Assembly (NCBI RefSeq): GCF_009914755.1
Contig: NC_060935.1
DNA from: the human T2T-CHM13v2.0 reference genome, Homo sapiens
DNA length: 64,000 bases
Reading direction: 5' to 3' (one strand)
Each line of letters begins with the position of its first letter. The first letter of the stretch is position 1. The notes beneath the pieces were generated by a model, which saw only the letters and a list, made by a program, of their open reading frames with translations, did not search any database and was not told where the DNA came from. The position numbers and the translations under genes are program-made. Below are positions 44,170 through 64,000 of the stretch, one piece after another.

Positions 44170-46752
44170 GTATTTATTAACACTTTATGTATAAGCAGTA
44201 TTTTAGTGAATAGAAGTTTTTGGCTAAAAAAACAGTTACATGAAATTAGGAGGGAAGTTGGCAAATTCTGCCACGGGCCTAATCGTGTCTTTTGGGGGCA
44301 GTTGATTTAGGATTCTGGTTTCTTTAAATGTTCAAACACATGAAGAGAATCGGATATCACTTCTAAAATGCTGGTTATAGCAGATCTACAACCCAGTTAA
44401 TAGGGGTGACTCAGATAACTGTTAAGATACTCAGATAACCCTTGGCTTTTTTCTTTTGGTTAAGTTACAACTTTTTCCCCTTTCTGGAGCTCCAGTCTGG
44501 GATGTCGTAGGAATTAGTTCCCTTTCTGACAAAAGCCTTTCATTTGTAAAAACACCAACCAGTGAAACTGTGATTCCTTCCTCTGGGTCAAATGGGTGCT
44601 TCTCAGTGGCCCCACTCTTGTGTTTGACTTACTCACTAATGCTCATTTTAATCTTCAAAATGCTAACGACAGATTATGGTAGAGAACCATTTTTCACTTG
44701 TCCTTTTCTAAGAAAAATCATAATATTGACCTTAGTCTGCTTCCATGTAAAGGATTCAGGTAAGCACATAGTGGCCACATTGAGAATGTCTCCTTGATTT
44801 ATGTTGTGAAGAGAAGACAAATGCTAAGACATTTGGGAATTTAAAACCAAATGACATTGAAAACAGTCTTGAGAAATCTTTTGGGCCCACTTACTCAGTG
44901 AAGGAAATTCCCAAATGTCACCTGCTTAAAATAAAAACATGGTACCCTGTTTTCTCTAATAGCTGAAATACCAATTCTGGAGCTTTGGGCATTTGTGAAC
45001 AGGTTCTTAGATGGTGTAAGGAAGTATGTATTCAGAAATTAAGTAGATAACTCTCTAAGGGAAGAGTTGAAGTGCTGGTTATCAGGAATCAAAGGAACAC
45101 TGTCCTCGGCACACTAGCTGCAGTGGACGGAGAGGGGCCCGCTGTTGTTCTCACTCGTTTTGCTTGCTACCGCTGGAATCCCGACCTGGTAACATTTGTT
45201 AGCCTTTCTTTCACCCTTTAGTTGCCTTGTCATAGTTCCAGTGAGCAAGGTAGTGGGAGCACACGGTTATTGGTTCTTTGCCATTCTCTTTCTGTGTGCT
45301 CTGGCAGGCAGCTTTGTACTTTTGTTTCTCCACCGATTAGTAACTCTCACTTACCTTAAAGGGGCTGTAATGACCAGGGACCTGATTTATGTACAAGAAA
45401 TGAGATCTATATGCCAGTCTTCAGCCAGTATGTCAAAAACACTTGTCTTTTAATACGACAAACAAGAAAGTAGTCTGTTATCCTGTTATCCCTTTATACT
45501 GTAACCTAATTCTTTGAGTTTGCCTGGTATCACTTTTCCAGGGAGCTCAAAGTACTTCCCATATGCTGTCTCATTAATGTATGTGAATTAAAGCAGAGAC
45601 CAATGTCTGCTTTTGCTGATAATTCTCGTAGATATTGTAAATTTTTCTTGTTGGTAGACTTCTTTTACCTACCTGCAGCCTTCTTTTCAGAGGCAATCGC
45701 AGTCTTCAGCATGACGCCTCTAATGCCAACTAGCAGGAAAATAAACTTTGGACTACCAGAACCAATATCCAGTAAAAGTGTTGTAATCTTGGGATCATAG
45801 TATAGAAAATTTTTCCACTCAGTCACAACTGTCAAGTTTTAACACCATAAACACAATTCTCTTTACATTTATCTATTAATATTTTCATGAGGTTTTGGTT
45901 ACTATCCAACAAATGTCCTTTTTCTTTGTTGTCTTGACAATTCTTTGTGTGAGTAATATTTTAAAACCTCTTTTGAAAAAATCTTTCTTAAAATTCTCTT
46001 AAATCCTAAATGGTCTAGGATTTATAGATGTGTTATTTTCTGATGAAAAGTTAAATCCTCTGGTATGTGTCACATCTTGTCTTCTCATCTCCTGTTGGCC
46101 TTTATGTGATTGAATACTATTCAGAACTTGACATTATCATCCAGGTAGTAGGAGTAAATAAAAGGTAAACTCCTAAGGTTGGGGACTGTGTCCTCTGAGT
46201 TCAGAGGAAGGAAGAGGAAGAAAGATACCTCCCTTTTCTTTCTACTTTTAAAATAAAATTTTAGATTCACTAAATAGTATGGTCCATTTGTCATAATTAA
46301 TGAACCAATATTGATACATATAATTATTAACTGAAGTCCACACTTAGATTCCCTTGGTGTTTGCCTAATGTTCTCTTCCAGGATCCCATCCAAGATATTA
46401 TATTACATTCAGTTGTCATGTAATGAATCTACTCTTCTAGACTGTGACAGTTTGCTCCTTTTGTTTTTAGTGATACATCTGTTAATTTCTGGACATTTTG
46501 CGAGACACATTAACATATTGTCTCATGATCCTCGCAATGAGTGAGAGAAGTGGAGTTAGCTCTGTTTTGCAACAGAAAAGTTAGGCAGTTTGCCCAAGAT
46601 CGTGTTATTAGTAAATGATGGACCCAACAACGGAACTCAGGTCCCTGGGACTGCAGAGTCCACACTGGTCTAACTCTTTGTAGTCACAGCACCTAGCACT
46701 GTGTCTGCTGCGTTAACTCAAGTTTCCATGTCTGAACAGTATTCAGTCAACC

Positions 46753-46936
46753 CAAGGTTTCTTAACCTTGGCACTACTGACGTTTTCTTTGTTGTGGGTG
46801 CTGTCTGTGCATTGTAAGATGTTTAGTAGCATCCCTCTACCCACTGGATGCCAGCAATACCCACACTCATTGTGACAATCAAAAATGTCTCCAGACATGT
46901 CCTGTTGGGGGTATAATCACCCACTGAGAACCACTG
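46753..46936. mobile_element. MER20 hAT DNA transposon
   Basis: caaggtttcttaaccttggcactactgac ... tgagaaccactg; 8-bp TSD agtcaacc/ggttaacc. Confidence 0.8.
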
Positions 46937-46968
46937 GGTTAACCTTCCTTTAAAAATTTTTTTTATGA

Positions 46969-51329
<4,361 letters not shown>

Positions 51330-52036
51330 TAAAGGAGTTTTAATAATGTCCTTCAGGAGCTTATCTTATGCTTTCTTCATCTTAAACATTCTATTTTGCC
51401 TAAAAAAGTAGGAAGATAATTTCAAGTAGCAATTTCTTTAATTATAATTCCCTTTTTTCCTTACCATTGTACTCATGCATATGGTTTTCCTTTCTAGACG
51501 ATCTTAAAGGAAGTAATAACTTCACCTTCTCTGCCAAAATATCTAAAAATAAAGGAAGTAATATACTTAACATAAATGGGGGCTTAAATTAAGACTGCTG
51601 AATTTTCAGAGGATCACTGAAAAGTGTAACACATTAAAGGGCCTACTCTTTATGAAAGGAAAAAAGGGAGGGAGCCAGCCAGCCACCAAGTGAGTGATTC
51701 ACTGGAATCCATTCCATCGGTTTACAAAAACCCAAGACCTGATTTCTTTCCTATTGATTTCCAAATATCTGCTAATTACAATGAGGAAAAATGTGATAGG
51801 ATATTTTTGAAAGTTTGTTTTTCTCCTTTTGTGTTTGGCAAAAATCTTGCTTTCTTCTGTGCGTACTCTGTCTTTGCAATAGGTCATAAGCTCCTATAGG
51901 GCAGGAACCAAATTGTTACTTTACCGCGCATACAAAGTATTTAACTCATAAGCCTGCATAATAGGAGGCTTTAAAAATATTAGTTTATTCCTGCAATGAT
52001 TGTGTGTATCAATGTGTATGTGTGTGTGTGTGTATA

Positions 52037-52377
52037 CAATCATGCGTAGTGTAATGACGGGGATATGTTCTGAGAAATGTGTATTGTCAGGTGATTTCAT
52101 TGTTGTGCAAACATCATATAGTTCCACAAACCTTGATGGTATAGCCTGCTACACACCTAGGCTATGTGGTGTAGCCTGTTGCTCTTAGGCCACAAACCTG
52201 CAGAGCTATACTGAATGCTGTAAGCAATTGTAACACAATGATAAGTACTTGTGTATCTAAACATAGAAAAGGTACAGCAAGAGATAGGAACAGGAATTTT
52301 TAAGCTCCATTATAATTGTATAGGACCACTGTTATATGTGGTCCATCGTTGACAGAAATGTTGTTTTGTGATGCATG

Positions 52378-52381
<4 letters not shown>
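52037..52381. mobile_element. Tigger3a/MER7-type DNA transposon
   Basis: ta|caatcatgcg ... gcatgact termini; homologous to 6475-6776. Confidence 0.8.

Positions 52382-52424
<43 letters not shown>
52382..52424. repeat. (TG)n microsatellite
   Basis: ~21 TG units. Confidence 0.95.
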
Positions 52425-52427
<3 letters not shown>

Positions 52428-53182
52428 ACTCATAAGTACTTCAAAATCATATAAAACATGAGCTAAGTCCCAGTACTACCTCTTTCAATATAATATCTGG
52501 AAGTGCCATGTAACCTCTGTGACTCTGTTTTCCATCTCTCAAATGGAAATGATACGTACCTCATAGGTTGCTATTGAAGGTTAGATAATTTACATAAGAT
52601 GTGTAATAGAATCCTTATACATAACTGGTAACTGCCACAAGGTCCTACCTGATGTGTCCTCCTAACTCCCAGTCTCAAACTCCAGCCCCTCTCCCTCCTT
52701 GATCTAACTTCCTGTTCTTCTCTCCCTCCCCACACCACTCTGGCTGTGCGGACCTCCCTCCTATCCTACCAGAGCACACTCCCACCTCAGGGCATTTGCT
52801 CTTTCCCCAGATGTCTGCACAGCTTGCTTCTTGCTTCTTGGTTTTACTTGAGTTTCTGCTCAGGTATAACCTTATCACACAGGTCTATCCTGACATCCCA
52901 TTTAAAGTCGCATTCTTTATCTTATCCAGCTTTATTTTTCTTCTCAGCATTGATCTAACACGTATGGATTGTCTTTATCTTCCTACAAAGTCTTAAGTTC
53001 CTGAGAACAGGAATCTTATTTTGCTTACTGTTGCATCTTAGCATATAGAACAGTGTTTGGCATATAAGTACCAAATTTTTAAATGAATCGCTATTAAAAC
53101 AGTATTTCAGTAAGCTACCCTCATAATTGCTCCTTATCAATAACTTTGGAAATTACCACATTTTTGCCTAAGGATTGCTTAG

Positions 53183-53740
<558 letters not shown>

Positions 53741-54612
53741 TAAAATATGGGTCTGTGGGTAAATTTGATAAAGTGCGATGAAATTTTGTTAGCTTTATTG
53801 GGTGTCTCCTAGTCATATTTTATATTTAGCAGAAGCAGTCAACACACTTTGATTTTCCTGCTTCAGGTTATAGTTGCAGTGTAAAAAGTGTTCTCATACC
53901 ACTTGGTATGAGAACATAGCGAAGGCAGGCAGAGAGAAACCCAGATTGCGGTGGGAGAGAAGAAGGAATTATTTAAAGGGAAACTGGGGAGACAGAATTG
54001 TGGAATCCAGTGATTGAAATGGATGTGGGTGATAATGCATAATGAACTTACAGCTATTTGTCATGAAGTAAACCAACTTTACCCTTTCCCCTTTGTTACC
54101 CTCAGCTAAACTGTGCAGTGGTGACACAGAGGTATAATTGAAGCTCTTATATCAGATCTGACCTAAAGTCAGAGTTTTAGTGTATTCATTTTCGTGTGTG
54201 TGTACTTTTTTGAGGCAGGGTCTTACCCTCTCACCCAGACTGGAGTGCAGTGGTGTGATCTCAGCTCACTGCATTGTCTGCCTTTTGGGCTCAAGCGATC
54301 ATCCTAGCCTCCCAGTAGCTGGGACTACAGGCTTGCACCACCATGCCTGGCTAATTTTTTTTCTTTTCTTTTCTTTTTTTTTCCTGTGGAGACGGAATCC
54401 CATTATGGTTCAAGACCAGGCTAGTCTGAAACTCCTGGGCTCAAGTGATCCTCCCATCTTGTGCTCCTAAAGTGTTGGAATTAGAAGCATAAGCCACTGC
54501 GCCTGGCCCATTTTTACATGTTTTGACCCAAACTAAAACATGATAAAATTTACCTCTTTGTATAGAAAGGAAATATGAGGATAAAGTAAGGCACAGTCAA
54601 AACTTTCAGATG

Positions 54613-54915
54613 CAGGTCCACACACTTTATCTGAAATCCTTGGGACCAGATGCATTTAGGAATTTGGAACTTTGGAGCATTTAGAAAAGTTATCTTGTAC
54701 ATTTATGTGGTTCACCATCCCTGGAGGCATCTGGGACAGCATCTGGTAATCAAGCATAATGATATTTCCGTGGTAAACAAAAGAATATACTACCGGGATA
54801 AATTAAAGCTATCATAGTCTTGGGACAGATTTTGTCATGATATGAGCTCTAAATAAACCTTTGATTTGCAAAGCTTTTTGGGTTTCAGAATTGCAGGTAA
54901 AGGGCTGTAGATCTG
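54613..54915. mobile_element. MER46C-like Tigger-family DNA transposon
   Basis: caggtccacacactttatctgaaatcc ... aattgcaggtaaagggctgtagatctg|ta degenerate TIRs. Confidence 0.65.
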
Positions 54916-55255
54916 TATTTAGAAAACGATAAGTACTGTTCACCAAAGAATGCCCCACAAAAAGATAACTGATAAACCCAGTAAGCATAATGAAGTCCAG
55001 TTATGTTTGATCGCATTTTTAAACTGGTGACTAAGATTTTAGTCATTGAATTAGTTAAATCTAAGAAAATATTCAAAGGAGAACAGAATATGTTTATGCT
55101 TGAGAAAGAAGGTGGGTGTTTTTATAATTTATTCTACTCTTAGAATTTGGATTTGTTGTGTTTTTGCTCTGAAATGCATAACTCTGTAGAAAACTCTTAG
55201 CTCTCAAATACTAAAATATTTCTGTGGGCTTAGTAAATGTTCATTTCTGAAATAA

Positions 55256-55423
<168 letters not shown>

Positions 55424-56104
55424 TAGAAGACAAACTTCAAAGTTATTTAAAATTTTTTAATCTTAATCTTTATTAGATTTTAAATATTCAAAGTACAGAG
55501 AAAGAGTGCACTATGTATTAAAGCTGTTTATGTTCAATTTTAACAGAAGTCTATTATCTTTAACAAATAGATCAGTGTTAGAACTCTTGAACACTGACTT
55601 TTGTCCGATCAGCTGGCAAAGGTTCAGATCTGAGATGTTTTGCATGCAGATTTGTATTGAAAATATGCTCTCCGATGTTTCTTTTCCTAAGATTTTATTA
55701 GGTCAAGTAAAATTTGAAAATTACATTAAAACATTAACAGAATTCTTCGGTTCTTCCTTGTCTGTAGCAATGGAATATAGTTTAATGACTTTAATTTCCA
55801 CCCTTTCCCCCATTCCAGTTGTGGAAACCCTGAGTGGAATAATCTGCAACCAATAGTTTCAAACAAGTTTTTAGCTTGAATGAATCATTCTTTCTTCCAG
55901 AGTCCTTATTAACATGTTACATGACTTGATCTCTTATCTCTGACAGATTGCTTTTTACAGTACAAAGAATGAAAAGAATTCCTGTTGTCCAAAGCCTATT
56001 CTCCTACACTCTAAACAAATCTTGGATTGTTTTACTTTGTTATAAGAAAGCACTTCGTAAGGTTGACTTTTTCTTTCTTTTTGGCCACAAATTTACTAGC
56101 TTAG

Positions 56105-56398
<294 letters not shown>

Positions 56399-56765
56399 TG
56401 AGTGTGTTTGTAGGTAGATTGAGATAATGGTTTTAAGGTAATCTGTTCTATTCTTTTTTCTATAGGATCAGATATGCATTGTTAGTTGATATTATCAGTA
56501 TTTGAGAATGTGAAGAACAAAATTACATTAGTCAAAATTAGAAAAAGATTTGTTTCATTTTTCATATTCATTTTTGTTTCACATGTAACTTGCACATTAA
56601 GTGAAAAAAAAATGATTATGCTTTAGCTTCTTATCTTTGTTAAAATGTAGAGCTGTCTGGACTCTCAAGATTTCCTCAAAGGGACCTGGAAGAATAGAAA
56701 CAGATTTGACAGATTATTGAGATCCTTTGATTACATATCTAGAATGCCTGTTACATATGTATTTA

Positions 56766-57068
<303 letters not shown>

Positions 57069-57538
57069 TCAAAAAAAAAAAAAAAAAAAATGAAAGTAAC
57101 TCTCTCATTCCAGTTACTCCTCTCTTGAATATAAATCCTAAGGTTTGAAGGCTTAACTTTAGGTGCTGAGGGAATTAAAATTTTTTTTTCCTTAAAGACG
57201 AGTTCTGTATTACTCATAACTTTGAGGCTCTTCTATAAAAATTATTGTCGGTTAAAATAAGTTATCAGATTTTTCTAGCTTAATTTTTTATTATTTTGCC
57301 TTAGCAGATAGTGTTCCAGTCTAATTAAGGAGATGAAAATGTTTGAAAGGAATACAATTACATTTTCAGTACTTCACTAATTCTACGTTCCAAAGAACTA
57401 TTAATACTATAAACAGTTGAATGCCAAAAGGCAGCTTAAAGCCTTATATGAAAAAGTTAATCCCAACATATGTGTTACTGAATTCTGCAGATATAACACA
57501 TTTCTATAACCTAAAGGAACATGTGAAACATTGTGTAA

Positions 57539-57773
<235 letters not shown>

Positions 57774-58147
57774 TGATCTGCCCACCTTGGCCTCCCAAAG
57801 TGCTGGGATTACAGGCGTGAGCCACTGCACCCAGCCTTGTAATTAGTAATTTTTATATACAAAATCAGAATTTGCGCTAGAAGTGACCTTAAAGATCATC
57901 TTATCATATAAAGTTGAAGCTGATGTCAAGAGAGGTGAAATGACCTGCCTGAGATACCTCACCTGGCTGAATTAGTTGTCCTGAGTCCATGGCAGTATGG
58001 CAGTAGAGGACATGATTGATTGCTTTTTAACGATAGATAGATAGATAGATAGATATAAAAAATGGAATATTAAAAGTTTACTACTTTATTTCTTGAAATG
58101 TAACATTTTTCTGAAGTTACCCAGCAGGATTTTACTGTAGATGATAA

Positions 58148-58469
<322 letters not shown>

Positions 58470-58899
58470 TAATTATTTTGAAATGTTTCTTCCTTTAATC
58501 TGTCCTAGCTAAAGGGAGAGCTAATAGATCATAGACAGAGGTCTGAAGTAAGCAACATTGTGTTGGAGAAATACTGGCCCAGAACTCAGATCTGAGATCT
58601 AGTCCTGCCTGAGGCCTGAGCAAGTAACTTGGAGTTTCTGGGTCTCCATCGTAAATGTGAAGAGCAAGAGTAGAGTTTGAATTTGTGTGCTCTTTTCACC
58701 TCTGTGTTGTGGTGGAGAGTTTGTTTTCGTGAAAAAGGAAAAAGTAAAGGGAAAACATTAAGCTGAATTTGTAAATGTGATACGTGATCTAGCTATATAT
58801 TAAAAAGAACTACACATATCTTTTAAGCTCATGTAGAAATTTATCCTGATGGCTTGAAATAGCTACTGAATTAGGTACCATGTGTATATTTGTTATTCT

Positions 58900-59173
<274 letters not shown>

Positions 59174-59865
59174 TAAGATCTAACTGGATACTAGCATTTA
59201 TCTTTTGGAGGAAACAAGAAAAAGTTAGTTCTCAAACTGAACCAGAATAGTACTACTACAAGCTGGGAGTGGATCTGGATTAATTCATGGAAAGTATGTT
59301 TGTTCAAAAACTTCTAGGGGTCATTTGGAAAGAGGCTTTAACAAGCTCTAAAGTTATGCAGAAACTTCTGGTTACCCAGGAGTATAATGCTGCTCTCATT
59401 CACCGGAAGCTTAAGCATAAAGCAGCAATTCTCTTTTTTTAGAAGAGTTATCAGCACCACCATTACTCCCCTTTCAATCTCTTCAAAATGGCAGACTCTC
59501 TGCTTTGTCTCTCTACCAATGAGCCACATAATTTGTTGGAAACAAATTGGAGGTTTCAGAAAATTTCTCTTATTTTTCTCAAGGAGAGTTGGATACATGA
59601 GTATTGTACACATGGTATACTCCCAAATGTACTGAATTAATGAAAAACAGAATGGGATTTTATCCACAAAGCTAAGAGTTAGATTTAATGCCAGAAGATA
59701 TTATATGACAGGGACTTAGGCTGTTAGTTGCCAATTTGAGAACAAGCTGCCTTTATGGTATTCACCATTCATTGTTAATTCCTAGTCTTGCTTTTGCTTT
59801 TGGAAATAATTTTGAATAAGTGCACTTTTTAACTCAAACTGTAACTTGAGTTTTGTTCCCTTTAA

Positions 59866-60078
<213 letters not shown>

Positions 60079-60246
60079 TAGTTGTATTTAATATCCTTAA
60101 TACTTACAGGTTAAGTATTAGATTATTCCATCTTCAGCATCAAGTATGCTGAAATGTATAATAGCTATTAATATTTAATATTCCCTTTTATATTAAACTT
60201 GTCTCTTAAATATATACTATTGGATATATTTGTTTTATTTTTATAG

Positions 60247-60381
<135 letters not shown>

Positions 60382-60440
60382 TGAAAGTAGTTAAATTGAG
60401 CTTATGTAATAGATCACTAGATTAAAATGCATTTGAATAA

Positions 60441-60602
<162 letters not shown>

Positions 60603-60839
60603 TGAAAATGTTTTGCTATAAGTAGTTGGACTTTAATTTCAACCAAATTTAAAACATTCTCCTCAGAGTTATTCATACAAAGCAACTTTACAAGTGTTAG
60701 AAAGTCAGCAGTGCTTACCATCTTCAGTGCATATTACAAAATGGGGAAGAAAAACATAAAGACAAGAATATTGCTTGATTTTTCTGGTTAAATATGAGGA
60801 ATTGAGTCATTAACTGAACTTTTTACTTTTAAACTTTAA

Positions 60840-61034
<195 letters not shown>

Positions 61035-61070
61035 GTTTTTAATATCTGTATATAAGTTGTGTATTTTAAG

Positions 61071-61170
61071 AATAAATTATGTATCCTAAATATCCAATCA
61101 CATTTGTAAGCGTGGAAGCTCTAAATTTGAAACTGTACTTAATAAAAATTTTTTTGTATAACTTCGTGTG
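61071..61170 (+). terminator. DEPDC7: DEPDC7 poly(A) signals (two AATAAA)
   Basis: AATAAA at 61071-61076 and 61141-61146, the latter followed by T/GT-rich sequence. Confidence 0.8.
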
Positions 61171-61887
61171 TCAGAAGCTATTAGTCATATGGTGTATTGC
61201 TGTTAAGTACTTGAGTTGATTTATAATTACTGTGCTCAGTGCTTTATAGAACATAATAGAGATTTAGATGACATTGCAGTATTTATATAAGAAAGCATTA
61301 AACAGTAAAGAAAACGATAATTACATGTTAATAGGAGTGGGGTTTGTGTTTTGAAAGGTACTCCTTAAAGATGCAAGATAGAAACTTAGGTTATAATAAA
61401 AAGAATTTGCTGATTACCTTAAGTTGTAGACAAATCAGAAATCAGACTGTCCTAATGCTTCCGAAAACAAAATTTTTTAAGCTTATTGTGGAAAATTTCA
61501 AACATACATGAAAGTGGAGACAATAGAGTAATGAACTCTTGCTTGTACCCATTAACTAATACTGCCAACTGCCAACTCATGGCCAATCTTGTTTAATCTG
61601 TACCCTCCCTCACTCCTCACTCATCCCAGCAAATTTCAGATATCATATCATTTCCTCTATAAAATGTCAGTGTGTATGACAAAAAGGAACGTTAAAAAAA
61701 AAACATGAAACCATTGTCCTTCACATAAACCTACAACTCCTTAATATCAATCAGGTTTGCAGTTAGTGTTGAAATCTTATGATGATCTCAAATGATTTTG
61801 ACAGTTTATTCAAATGGAGATTCAAATAATGTCCATAAATTGCAATTGGTTAGTGTGTTTAAGTCTCTCTTTAAAAATCTGTAAGTT

Positions 61888-64000
<2,113 letters not shown>

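Overview
Human (primate) genomic DNA; gene order matches chr11p13. + strand: the last three coding exons and ~3.8 kb 3'UTR of QSER1 (to ~7.86 kb), a ~35 kb repeat-rich interval, then the complete DEPDC7 gene. DEPDC7 has a CpG-island promoter at ~43.3-43.9 kb, 9 coding exons summing to 1536 nt (511 aa + stop), an alternative first exon, and poly(A) signals at ~61.07/61.14 kb. Repeats include >45 Alus, a near-full-length L1PA nested in an older L1, a solo LTR2 (HERV-E), MLT1 and MST LTRs, MER1B/MER20/MER46/Tigger DNA transposons and a Y4 RNA pseudogene. Main observation: the non-repeat islands between QSER1 and DEPDC7 (12.6-14.3, 30.2-30.6, 36.0-36.6, 38.0-40.2, 41.6-41.8 kb) translate on the + strand, with scattered stops and frameshifts, into repeated doublecortin (DCX)-domain-like motifs. 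The motifs continue across Alu and MLT1 insertions. This suggests the fossil of a lost multi-DCX-domain gene (unitary pseudogene) that I do not recognise as annotated. The call rests on by-eye alignment to DCX/RP1/DCDC1 sequences recalled from memory and needs HMM and synteny confirmation. Exon coordinates were counted exactly; repeat boundaries and subfamilies are approximate.
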